DNA from: the human T2T-CHM13v2.0 reference genome, Homo sapiens
Length of the DNA: 64,000 bases
NCBI RefSeq assembly: GCF_009914755.1
Contig: NC_060925.1
Reading direction: 5' to 3' (one strand)
Shown here: one piece after another, positions 1 to 12,000 of the stretch
How positions within the stretch are numbered: position 1 is the first letter of the stretch
How the letters are laid out: every line of letters begins with the position of its first letter
Notes under the pieces: generated by a model
Database searches by the model: none
Seen by the model: the letters and a program-made list of their open reading frames with translations, nothing else
Told to the model about the DNA's origin: nothing
Made by a program: the position numbers and the translations under genes

Positions 1-62
1 GAATGCAATCATCACAAAGCAGTTTCTGAGAATGCTTCCATGTAGCTTTAATGAGCAGATAT

Positions 63-79
63 TTCCTTTTCCACCCCAG
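63..79 (-). other. A-box (pJ-alpha-type site) of an A-type monomer
   Basis: TTCCTTTTCCACCCCAG occupies the monomer position that the CENP-B box occupies in B monomers. More diverged A-type boxes lie at about 1084, 1420 and 1758. Confidence 0.7.
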
Positions 80-233
80 GCCTCGAAGCCCTCCAAATGT
101 CCCCTTGCAGATGCTAGAAAGAGAGGGTTTCAAAGCTGCTCTATCAAAAGGAAAGTACAACTCTGTGAGTTGAATGCAAACATCACAAAGAAGCTCCTGA
201 GCATGCTTCCGTTTAGCTTTCATGGGAAGATTA

Positions 234-250
234 TCCCTTTTCCATCGAAA
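234..250 (-). other. Degenerate CENP-B box in a B-type monomer (core broken)
   Basis: TCCCTTTTCCATCGAAA at the box position. CCCG has become CCCT, removing an essential CpG. Confidence 0.8.
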
Positions 251-404
251 TGTTCAAAGAGGTCCACATATCCGCTTGCAGATTCCACCGAAAGAGTGTT
301 TCCAAACTGCTGTATCAAAAGGAATCTTCAACTCCGTGAGTTGAATGCAATCATCACAAAGAAGTTTCTGACAACGCTTCTCTCTAGTTTTTATGTGAAG
401 ATAT

Positions 405-421
405 TTCCTTTTCCACCACAG
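405..421 (-). other. A-box (pJ-alpha-type site) of an A-type monomer
   Basis: TTCCTTTTCCACCACAG lies 342 bp (two monomers) from the box at 63. Confidence 0.72.
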
Positions 422-575
422 GCCTGAAAGCGCTCCAAATGTCCACTTGGAGACTCTACGAAAAGAATGTTTCAAAACTGCTCTATGAAAAGCAATGTTA
501 TACTCTGGGAGTTGAACACAAGCCTCACAAAGGAGTTTCTGAGAATGCTTCTGTTTACTTTTTACGTGAAGATAT

Positions 576-592
576 TCCCGTTTCCAAAGAAA
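576..592 (-). other. Degenerate CENP-B box in a B-type monomer (core broken)
   Basis: TCCCGTTTCCAAAGAAA. CGAA has become AGAA, removing the essential CpG of TTCG. Confidence 0.85.
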
Positions 593-746
593 TCTTCACA
601 GACTTCCACCTATCCATTTGCAGATGCTAGAAAAAGAGAGTTTCAAAACTGCTCTATCAAAAGGAATGTTCAACTCTGTGAGTTGAATGCAGTCATCACA
701 GAGAAGTTTCTGAGAAGGCTTCTGTCTAGATTTTATGTGAAGATAT

Positions 747-763
747 ACCCGTTTCGAACGAAG
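747..763 (-). other. CENP-B box, variant with intact 9-bp core (recurs every 1,866 bp)
   Basis: Plus strand ACCCGTTTCGAACGAAG, minus strand CTTCGTTCGAAACGGGT, which matches nTTCGnnnnAnnCGGGn. Confidence 0.88.
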
Positions 764-912
764 GCCACAAAGTGCTCCAAATATCCACTTGCAGGTCCTC
801 CAACAAGAGTGTTTCAAACGTGAACTATCAAAGGAAGGTTCAACTCTGGACTTTGAATGCAAACGTCAGAAAGATGTTTCTACGAAAGCTTCTGTTTAGT
901 TAGGTGACGTTA

Positions 913-929
913 TCCCGTTTCCAACGAAA
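913..929 (-). other. CENP-B box, canonical (recurs every 1,866 bp; broken in unit 23)
   Basis: Plus strand TCCCGTTTCCAACGAAA, minus strand TTTCGTTGGAAACGGGA, which matches YTTCGTTGGAARCGGGA. Confidence 0.96.
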
Positions 930-1248
930 TCCTCAGAGAGGTCCAAATATCCACCTGCAGATTCTGCAAAAAGTGTGTTTCCAAACTGCTCCACCCAAAG
1001 GCATGTTCAGCTCTGTGAGTTAAACTCAATCATCACAAAGTATTTTCTGAGAATGCTTCTGTCCAGTTTTTACATGAAGCTGTCTCCTTTACTACCGTAG
1101 GCCTCAAAGCGTTCCAAATCTCCACTTGCAGATACTACGAAAAGGGCGTTTCAACCTGAACTCACAAGGGAAGGTTCAACTCTGTCAGTTGAATGCCAAC
1201 ATCACAAAGAAGTTCTGGGAATGTTTCTCTTCAGTTATGTGAGTTTTA

Positions 1249-1265
1249 TCCCGTTTCCAACGAAA
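1249..1265 (-). other. CENP-B box, canonical (recurs every 1,866 bp; broken in units 15 and 18)
   Basis: Plus strand TCCCGTTTCCAACGAAA. Confidence 0.96.
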
Positions 1266-1586
1266 TTCTCAGAGAAGTACAAATATCCACTTGCATATTC
1301 TACAAAAAGTGTGTTTTGAAAGTGCTCCATCAAAAGATATGCTCAGCTCTGTGAGTTAAACTCAATCATCACAAAGAATTTTCTGAGAATGCTTCTGTCT
1401 TGTTTTAAGATGAAGTTATTTCCTTTACGACGATAGGCCTCAAAGAGGTCCAAATCTCCACTTGCAGATTCTGCAGAAGGAGTGTTTCAAACCTGAACTA
1501 TCAGAGAAAGGTTCAACACTGTGAGTTGAATGCAAGCATCACGAAGAAGGTTCTGAGAATGCTTCTGTTTAGATAGGTGAGTTTTC

Positions 1587-1603
1587 TCCCGTATCCAACG
1601 AAA
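1587..1603 (-). other. CENP-B box, variant with intact 9-bp core (recurs every 1,866 bp)
   Basis: Plus strand TCCCGTATCCAACGAAA, minus strand TTTCGTTGGATACGGGA. The change is at a non-essential position. Confidence 0.9.
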
Positions 1604-4600
1604 TCCTCAGAGAGGTCCAAATATCCACTTGCAGATTCTACAGAAAGTGTGTTTTGAAACTGCTCCATCCAAAGGAATGTTCAGCTCTGTGAGTTGAACT
1701 CAATCGTCACAAAGTGTTTCCTGGGAATGCTACTGTCTAGTTTTTATGGGCAGTTATATCCTCTGCTGCCATAGGCCTCAAAGCGGTCCAAATCTCCCCT
1801 TTCAGATTCTACCAAAAGTGTGTTTCCAAACGGCTCTATCAAAGGGAATGTTCAACTCTGTGACTTGAATGCAATCATCACAAAGCAGTTTCTGAGAATG
1901 CTTCCATGTAGCTTTAATGAGCAGATATTTCCTTTTCCACCCCAGGCCTCGAAGCCCTCCAAATGTCCCCTTGCAGATGCTAGAAAGAGAGGGTTTCAAA
2001 GCTGCTCTATCAAAAGGAAAGTACAACTCTGTGAGTTGAATGCAAACATCACAAAGAAGTTCCTGAGCATGCTTCCGTTTAGCTTTCATGGGAAGATTAT
2101 CCCTTTTCCATCGAAATGTTCAAAGAGGTCCACATATCCGCTTGCAGATTCCACCGAAAGAGTGTTTCCAAACTGCTGTATCAAAAGGAATCTTCAACTC
2201 CGTGAGTTGAATGCAATCATCACAAAGAAGTTTCTGACAATGCTTCTCTCTAGTTTTTATGTGAAGATATTTCCTTTTCCACCACAGGCCTGAAAGCGCT
2301 CCACATGTCCACTTGGAGACTCTACGAAAAGAATGTTTCAAAACTGCTCTATGAAAAGCAATGTTATACTCTGGGAGTTGAACACAAGCCTCACAAAGGA
2401 CTTTCTGAGAATGCTTCTGTTTACTTTTTACGTGAAGATATTCCCGTTTCCAAAGAAATCTTCACAGAGTTCCACCTATCCATTTGCAGATGCTAGAAAA
2501 AGAGAGTTTCAAAACTGCTCTATCAAAAGGAATGTTCAACTCTGTGAGTTGAATGCAGTCATCACAGAGAAGTTTCTGAGAAGGCTTCTGTCTAGATTTT
2601 ATGTGAAGATATACCCGTTTCGAACGAAGGCCACAAAGTGCTCCAAATATCCACTTGCAGGTCCTCCAACAAGAGTGTTTCAAACGTGAACTATCAAAGG
2701 AAGGTTCAACTCTGGACTTTGAATGCAAACGTCAGAAAGATGTTTCTGCGAAAGCTTCTGTTTAGTTAGGTGACGTTATCCCGTTTCCAACGAAATCCTC
2801 AGAGAGGTCCAAATATCCACCTGCAGATTCTGCAAAAAGTGTGTTTCCAAACTGCTCCACCCAAAGGCATGTTCAGCTCTGTGAGTTAAACTCAATCATC
2901 ACAAAGTATTTTCTGAGAATGCTTCTGTCCAGTTTTTACATGAAGCTGTTTCCTTTACTACCGTAGGCCTCAAAGCGTTCCAAATCTCCACTTGCAGATA
3001 CTACGAAAAGGGCGTTTCAACCTGAACTCACAAGGGAAGGTTCAACTCTGTCAGTTGAATGCCAACATCACAAAGAAGTTCTGGGAATGTTTCTCTTCAG
3101 TTATGTGAGTTTTATCCCGTTTCCAACGAAATTCTCAGAGAAGTACAAATATCCACTTGCATATTCTACAAAAAGTGTGTTTTGAAAGTGCTCCATCAAA
3201 AGATATGCTCAGCTCTGTGAGTTAAACTCAATCATCACAAAGAATTTTCTGAGAATGCTTCTGTCTTGTTTTAGGATGAAGTTATTTCCTTTACGACGAT
3301 AGGCCTCAAAGAGGTCCAAATCTCCACTTGCAGATTCTGCAGAAGGAGTGTTTCAAACCTGAACTATCAGAGAAAGGTTCAACACTGTGAGTTGAATGCA
3401 AGCATCACGAAGAAGGTTCTGAGAATGCTTCTGTTTAGATAGGTGAGTTTTCTCCCGTATCCAACGAAATCCTCAGAGAGGTCCAAATATCCACTTGCAG
3501 ATTCTACAGAAAGTGTGTTTTGAAACTGCTCCATCCAAAGGAATGTTCAGCTCTGTGAGTTGAACTCAATCGTCACAAAGTGTTTCCTGGGAATGCTACT
3601 GTCTAGTTTTTATGGGCAGTTATATCCTCTGCTGCCATAGGCCTCAAAGCGGTCCAAATCTCCCCTTTCAGATTCTACCAAAAGTGTGTTTCCAAACGGC
3701 TCTATCAAAGGGAATGTTCAACTCTGTGACTTGAATGCAATCATCACAAAGCAGTTTCTGAGAATGCTTCCATGTAGCTTTAATGAGCAGATATTTCCTT
3801 TTCCACCCCAGGCCTCGAAGCCCTCCAAATGTCCCCTTGCAGATGCTAGAAAGAGAGGGTTTCAAAGCTGCTCTATCAAAAGGAAAGTACAACTCTGTGA
3901 GTTGAATGCAAACATCACAAAGAAGTTCCTGAGCATGCTTCCGTTTAGCTTTCATGGGAAGATTATCCCTTTTCCATCGAAATGTTCAAAGAGGTCCACA
4001 TATCCGCTTGCAGATTCCACCGAAAGAGTGTTTCCAAACTGCTGTATCAAAAGGAATCTTCAACTCCGTGAGTTGAATGCAATCATCACAAAGAAGTTTC
4101 TGACAATGCTTCTCTCTAGTTTTTATGTGAAGATATTTCCTTTTCCACCACAGGCCTGAAAGCGCTCCACATGTCCACTTGGAGACTCTACGAAAAGAAT
4201 GTTTCAAAACTGCTCTATGAAAAGCAATGTTATACTCTGGGAGTTGAACACAAGCCTCACAAAGGAGTTTCTGAGAATGCTTCTGTTTACTTTTTACGTG
4301 AAGATATTCCCGTTTCCAAAGAAATCTTCACAGACTTCCACCTATCCATTTGCAGATGCTAGAAAAAGAGAGTTTCAAAACTGCTCTATCAAAAGGAATG
4401 TTCAACTCTGTGAGTTGAATGCAGTCATCACAGAGAAGTTTCTGAGAAGGCTTCTGTCTAGATTTTATGTGAAGATATACCCGTTTCGAACGAAGGCCAC
4501 AAAGTGCTCCAAATATCCACTTGCAGGTCCTCCAACAAGAGTGTTTCAAACGTGAATTATCAAAGGAAGGTTCAACTCTGGACTTTGAATGCAAACGTCA

Positions 4601-6039
4601 GAAAGATGTTTCTGCGAAAGCTTCTGTTTAGTTAGGTGACGTTATCCCGTTTCCAACGAAATCCTCAGAGAGGTCCAAATATCCACCTGCAGATTCTGCA
4701 AAAAGTGTGTTTCCAAACTGCTCCACCCAAAGGCATGTTCAGCTCTGTGAGTTAAACTCAATCATCACAAAGTATTTTCTGAGAATGCTTCTGTCCAGTT
4801 TTTACATGAAGCTGTTTCCTTTACTACCGTAGGCCTCAAAGCGTTCCAAATCTCCACTTGCAGATACTACGAAAAGGGCGTTTCAACCTGAACTCACAAG
4901 GGAAGGTTCAACTCTGTCAGTTGAATGCCAACATCACAAAGAAGTTCTGGGAATGTTTCTCTTCAGTTATGTGAGTTTTATCCCGTTTCCAACGAAATTC
5001 TCAGAGAAGTACAAATATCCACTTGCATATTCTACAAAAAGTGTGTTTTGAAAGTGCGCCATCAAAAGATATGCTCAGCTCTGTGAGTTAAACTCAATCA
5101 TCACAAAGAATTTTCTGAGAATCCTTCTGTCTTGTTTTAGGATGAAGTTATTTCCTTTACGACGATAGGCCTCAAAGAGGCCCAAATCTCCACTTGCAGA
5201 TTCTGCAGAAGGAGTGTTTCAAACCTGAACTATCAGAGAAAGGTTCAACACTGTGAGTTGAATGCAAGCATCACGAAGAAGGTTCTGAGAATGCTTCTGT
5301 TTAGATAGGTGAGTTTTCTCCCGTATCCAACGAAATCCTCAGAGAGGTCCAAATATCCACTTGCAGATTCTACAGAAAGTGTGTTTTGAAACTGCTCCAT
5401 CCAAAGGAATGTTCAGCTCTGTGAGTTGAACTCAATCGTCACAAAGTGTTTCCTGGGAATGCTACTGTCTAGTTTTTATGGGCAGTTATATCCTCTGCTG
5501 CCATAGGCCTCAAAGCGGTCCAAATCTCCCCTTTCAGATTCTACCAAAAGTGTGTTTCCAAACGGCTCTATCAAAGGGAATGTTCAACTCTGTGACTTGA
5601 ATGCAATCATCACAAAGCAGTTTCTGAGAATGCTTCCATGTAGCTTTAATGAGCAGATATTTCCTTTTCCACCCCAGGCCTCGAAGCCCTCCAAATGTCC
5701 CCTTGCAGATGCTAGAAAGAGAGGGTTTCAAAGCTGCTCTATCAAAAGGAAAGTACAACTCTGTGAGTTGAATGCAAACATCACAAAGAAGTTCCTGAGC
5801 ATGCTTCCGTTTAGCTTTCATGGGAAGATTATCCCTTTTCCATCGAAATGTTCAAAGAGGTCCACATATCCGCTTGCAGATTCCACCGAAAGAGTGTTTC
5901 CAAACTGCTGTATCAAAAGGAATCTTCAACTCCGTGAGTTGAATGCAATCATCACAAAGAAGTTTCTGACAACGCTTCTCTCTAGTTTTTATGTGAAGAT
6001 ATTTCCTTTTCCACCACAGGCCTGAAAGCGCTCCAAATG

Positions 6040-9000
6040 TCCACTTGGAGACTCTACGAAAAGAATGTTTCAAAACTGCTCTATGAAAAGCAATGTTATA
6101 CTCTGGGAGTTGAACACAAGCCTCACAAAGGACTTTCTGAGAATGCTTCTGTTTACTTTTTACGTGAAGATATTCCCGTTTCCAAAGAAATCTTCACAGA
6201 CTTCCACCTATCCATTTGCAGATGCTAGAAAAAGAGAGTTTCAAAACTGCTCTATCAAAAGGAATGTTCAACTCTGTGAGTTGAATGCAGTCATCACAGA
6301 GAAGTTTCTGAGAAGGCTTCTGTCTAGATTTTATGTGAAGATATACCCGTTTCGAACGAAGGCCACAAAGTGCTCCAAATATCCACTTGCAGGTCCTCCA
6401 ACAAGAGTGTTTCAAACGTGAACTATCAAAGGAAGGTTCAACTCTGGACTTTGAATGCAAACGTCAGAAAGATGTTTCTGCGAAAGCTTCTGTTTAGTTA
6501 GGTGACGTTATCCCGTTTCCAACGAAATCCTCAGAGAGGTCCAAATATCCACCTGCAGATTCTGCAAAAAGTGTGTTTCCAAACTGCTCCACCCAAAGGC
6601 ATGTTCAGCTCTGTGAGTTAAACTCAATCATCACAAAGTATTTTCTGAGAATGCTTCTGTCCAGTTTTTACATGAAGCTGTTTCCTTTACTACCGTAGGC
6701 CTCAAAGCGTTCCAAATCTCCACTTGCAGATACTACGAAAAGGGCGTTTCAACCTGAACTCACAAGGGAAGGTTCAACTCTGTCAGTTGAATGCCAACAT
6801 CACAAAGAAGTTCTGGGAATGTTTCTCTTCAGTTATGTGAGTTTTATCCCGTTTCCAACGAAATTCTCAGAGAAGTACAAATATCCACTTGCATATTCTA
6901 CAAAAAGTGTGTTTTGAAAGTGCTCCATCAAAAGATATGCTCAGCTCTGTGAGTTAAACTCAATCATCACAAAGAATTTTCTGAGAATGCTTCTGTCTTG
7001 TTTTAGGATGAAGTTATTTCCTTTACGACGATAGGCCTCAAAGAGGTCCAAATCTCCACTTGCAGATTCTGCAGAAGGAGTGTTTCAAACCTGAACTATC
7101 AGAGAAAGGTTCAACACTGTGAGTTGAATGCAACCATCACGAAGAAGGTTCTGAGAATGCTTCTGTTTAGATAGGTGAGTTTTCTCCCGTATCCAACGAA
7201 ATCCTCAGAGAGGTCCAAATATCCACTTGCAGATTCTACAGAAAGTGTGTTTTGAAACTGCTCCATCCAAAGGAATGTTCAGCTCTGTGAGTTGAACTCA
7301 ATCGTCACAAAGTGTTTCCTGGGAATGCTACTGTCTAGTTTTTATGGGCAGTTATATCCTCTGCTGCCATAGGCCTCAAAGCGGTCCAAATCTCCCCTTT
7401 CAGATTCTACCAAAAGTGTGTTTCCAAACGGCTCTATCAAAGGGAATGTTCAACTCTGTGACTTGAATGCAATCATCACAAAGCAGTTTCTGAGAATGCT
7501 TCCATGTAGCTTTAATGAGCAGATATTTCCTTTTCCACCCCAGGCCTCGAAGCCCTCCAAATGTCCCCTTGCAGATGCTAGAAAGAGAGGGTTTCAAAGC
7601 TGCTCTATCAAAAGGAAAGTACAACTCTGTGAGTTGAATGCAAACATCACAAAGAAGCTCCTGAGCATGCTTCCGTTTAGCTTTCATGGGAAGATTATCC
7701 CTTTTCCATCGAAATGTTCAAAGAGGTCCACATATCCGCTTGCAGATTCCACCGAAAGAGTGTTTCCAAACTGCTGTATCAAAAGGAATCTTCAACTCCG
7801 TGAGTTGAATGCAATCATCACAAAGAAGTTTCTGACAACGCTTCTCTCTAGTTTTTATGTGAAGATATTTCCTTTTCCACCACAGGCCTGAAAGCGCTCC
7901 AAATGTCCACTTGGAGACTCTACGAAAAGAATGTTTCAAAACTGCTCTATGAAAAGCAATGTTATACTCTGGGAGTTGAACACAAGCCTCACAAAGGAGT
8001 TTCTGAGAATGCTTCTGTTTACTTTTTACGTGAAGATATTCCCGTTTCCAAAGAAATCTTCACAGACTTCCACCTATCCATTTGCAGATGCTAGAAAAAG
8101 AGAGTTTCAAAACTGCTCTATCAAAAGGAATGTTCAACTCTGTGAGTTGAATGCAGTCATCACAGAGAAGTTTCTGAGAAGGCTTCTGTCTAGATTTTAT
8201 GTGAAGATATACCCGTTTCGAACGAAGGCCACAAAGTGCTCCAAATATCCACTTGCAGGTCCTCCAACAAGAGTGTTTCAAACGTGAACTATCAAAGGAA
8301 GGTTCAACTCTGGACTTTGAATGCAAACGTCAGAAAGATGTTTCTGCGAAAGCTTCTGTTTAGTTAGGTGACGTTATCCCGTTTCCAACGAAATCCTCAG
8401 AGAGGTCCAAATATCCACCTGCAGATTCTGCAAAAAGTGTGTTTCCAAACTGCTCCACCCAAAGGCATGTTCAGCTCTGTGAGTTAAACTCAATCATCAC
8501 AAAGTATTTTCTGAGAATGCTTCTGTCCAGTTTTTACATGAAGCTGTTTCCTTTACTACCGTAGGCCTCAAAGCGTTCCAAATCTCCACTTGCAGATACT
8601 ACGAAAAGGGCGTTTCAACCTGAACTCACAAGGGAAGGTTCAACTCTGTCAGTTGAATGCCAACATCACAAAGAAGTTCTGGGAATGTTTCTCTTCAGTT
8701 ATGTGAGTTTTATCCCGTTTCCAACGAAATTCTCAGAGAAGTACAAATATCCACTTGCATATTCTACAAAAAGTGTGTTTTGAAAGTGCTCCATCAAAAG
8801 ATATGCTCAGCTCTGTGAGTTAAACTCAATCATCACAAAGAATTTTCTGAGAATGCTTCTGTCTTGTTTTAGGATGAAGTTATTTCCTTTACGACGATAG
8901 GCCTCAAAGAGGTCCAAATCTCCACTTGCAGATTCTGCAGAAGGAGTGTTTCAAACCGGAACTATCAGAGAAAGGTTCAACACTGTGAGTTGAATGCAAG

Positions 9001-12000
9001 CATCACGAAGAAGGTTCTGAGAATGCTTCTGTTTAGATAGGTGAGTTTTCTCCCGTATCCAACGAAATCCTCAGAGAGGTCCAAATATCCACTTGCAGAT
9101 TCTACAGAAAGTGTGTTTTGAAACTGCTCCATCCAAAGGAATGTTCAGCTCTGTGAGTTGAACTCAATCGTCACAAAGTGTTTCCTGGGAATGCTACTGT
9201 CTAGTTTTTATGGGCAGTTATATCCTCTGCTGCCATAGGCCTCAAAGCGGTCCAAATCTCCCCTTTCAGATTCTACCAAAAGTGTGTTTCCAAACGGCTC
9301 TATCAAAGGGAATGTTCAACTCTGTGACTTGCATGCAATCATCACAAAGCAGTTTCTGAGAATGCTTCCATGTAGCTTTAATGAGCAGATATTTCCTTTT
9401 CCACCCCAGGCCTCGAAGCCCTCCAAATGTCCCCTTGCAGATGCTAGAAAGAGAGGGTTTCAAAGCTGCTCTATCAAAAGGAAAGTACAACTCTGTGAGT
9501 TGAATGCAAACATCACAAAGAAGCTCCTGAGCATGCTTCCGTTTAGCTTTCATGGGAAGATTATCCCTTTTCCATCGAAATGTTCAAAGAGGTCCACATA
9601 TCCGCTTGCAGATTCCACCGAAAGAGTGTTTCCAAACTGCTGTATCAAAAGGAATCTTCAACTCCGTGAGTTGAATGCAATCATCACAAAGAAGTTTCTG
9701 ACAATGCTTCTCTCTAGTTTTTATGTGAAGATATTTCCTTTTCCACCACAGGCCTGAAAGCGCTCCAAATGTCCACTTGGAGACTCTACGAAAAGAATGT
9801 TTCAAAACTGCTCTATGAAAAGCAATGTTATACTCTGGGAGTTGAACACAAGCCTCACAAAGGAGTTTCTGAGAATGCTTCTGTTTACTTTTTACGTGAA
9901 GATATTCCCGTTTCCAAAGAAATCTTCACAGACTTCCACCTATCCATTTGCAGATGCTAGAAAAAGAGAGTTTCAAAACTGCTCTATCAAAAGGAATGTT
10001 CAACTCTGTGAGTTGAATGCAGTCATCACAGAGAAGTTTCTGAGAAGGCTTCTGTCTAGATTTTATGTGAAGATATACCCGTTTCGAACGAAGGCCACAA
10101 AGTGCTCCAAATATCCACTTGCAGGTCCTCCAACAAGAGTGTTTCAAACGTGAACTATCAAAGGAAGGTTCAACTCTGGACTTTGAATGCAAACGTCAGA
10201 AAGATGTTTCTGCGAAAGCTTCTGTTTAGTTAGGTGACGTTATCCCGTTTCCAACGAAATCCTCAGAGAGGTCCAAATATCCACCTGCAGATTCTGCAAA
10301 AAGTGTGTTTCCAAACTGCTCCACCCAAAGGCATGTTCAGCTCTGTGAGTTAAACTCAATCATCACAAAGTATTTTCTGAGAATGCTTCTGTCCAGTTTT
10401 TACATGAAGCTGTTTCCTTTACTACCGTAGGCCTCAAAGCGTTCCAAATCTCCACTTGCAGATACTACGAAAAGGGCGTTTCAACCTGAACTCACAAGGG
10501 AAGGTTCAACTCTGTCAGTTGAATGCCAACATCACAAAGAAGTTCTGGGAATGTTTCTCTTCAGTTATGTGAGTTTTATCCCGTTTCCAACGAAATTCTC
10601 AGAGAAGTACAAATATCCACTTGCATATTCTACAAAAAGTGTGTTTTGAAAGTGCTCCATCAAAAGATATGCTCAGCTCTGTGAGTTAAACTCAATCATC
10701 ACAAAGAATTTTCTGAGAATGCTTCTGTCTTGTTTTAGGATGAAGTTATTTCCTTTACGACGATAGGCCTCAAAGAGGTCCAAATCTCCACTTGCAGATT
10801 CTGCAGAAGGAGTGTTTCAAACCTGAACTATCAGACAAAGGTTCAACACTGTGAGTTGAATGCAAGCATCACGAAGAAGGTTCTGAGAATGCTTCTGTTT
10901 AGATAGGTGAGTTTTCTCCCGTATCCAACGAAATCCTCAGAGAGGTCCAAATATCCACTTGCAGATTCTACAGAAAGTGTGTTTTGAAACTGCTCCATCC
11001 AAAGGAATGTTCAGCTCTGTGAGTTGAACTCAATCGTCACAAAGTGTTTCCTGGGAATGCTACTTTCTAGTTTTTATGGGCAGTTATATCCTCTGCTGCC
11101 ATAGGCCTCAAAGCGGTCCAAATCCCCCCTTTCAGATTCTACCAAAAGTGTGTTTCCAAACGGCTCTATCAAAGGGAATGTTCAACTCTGTGACTTGCAT
11201 GCAATCATCACAAAGCAGTTTCTGAGAATGCTTCCATGTAGCTTTAATGAGCAGATATTTCCTTTTCCACCCCAGGCCTCGAAGCCCTCCAAATGTCCCC
11301 TTGCAGATGCTAGAAAGAGAGGGTTTCAAAGCTGCTCTATCAAAAGGAAAGTACAACTCTGTGAGTTGAATGCAAACATCACAAAGAAGCTCCTGAGCAT
11401 GCTTCCGTTTAGCTTTCATGGGAAGATTATCCCTTTTCCATCGAAATGTTCAAAGAGGTCCACATATCCGCTTGCAGATTCCACCGAAAGAGTGTTTCCA
11501 AACTGCTGTATCAAAAGGAATCTTCAACTCCGTGAGTTGAATGCAATCATCACAAAGAAGTTTCTGACAATGCTTCTCTCTAGTTTTTATGTGAAGATAT
11601 TTCCTTTTCCACCACAGGCCTGAAAGCGCTCCAAATGTCCACTTGGAGACTCTACGAAAAGAATGTTTCAAAACTGCTCTATGAAAAGCAATGTTATACT
11701 CTGGGAGTTGAACACAAGCCTCACAAAGGAGTTTCTGAGAATGCTTCTGTTTACTTTTTACGTGAAGATATTCCCGTTTCCAAAGAAATCTTCACAGACT
11801 TCCACCTATCCATTTGCAGATGCTAGAAAAAGAGAGTTTCAAAACTGCTCTATCAAAAGGAATGTTCAACTCTGTGAGTTGAATGCAGTCATCACAGAGA
11901 AGTTTCTGAGAAGGCTTCTGTCTAGATTTTATGTGAAGATATACCCGTTTCGAACGAAGGCCACAAAGTGCTCCAAATATCCACTTGCAGGTCCTCCAAC

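Larger units (their letters stand above)
1..1866 (-). repeat. Representative HOR unit 1 (arbitrary phase), 11 alpha-satellite monomers
   Basis: TTGCAG-equivalent landmarks at 105, 276, 447, 618, 789, 955, 1126, 1291, 1462, 1629, 1800, then 1971. Spacings are 171x4,166,171,165,171,167,171,171, summing to 1866. One HindIII site (AAGCTT 886-891) and one XbaI site (TCTAGA 725-730) were seen per unit. Confidence 0.97.

Noticed and set aside
956-1475. Short dyads TGCAGA-T-TCTGCA (956-968, 1463-1475) as hairpin or cruciform elements
   Set aside because: These 6-bp arms arise from one substitution in the monomer consensus, are expected by chance, and are too short to support a structural claim from sequence alone.
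1-1866. Assignment to other 11-mer HORs (D8Z2, D13Z1/D21Z1)
   Set aside because: Those are SF2 arrays with essentially dimeric A/B alternation. This unit has three consecutive B-type monomers, two consecutive A-type monomers and 165-167-bp monomers typical of SF3. It is not formally excluded without an alignment.
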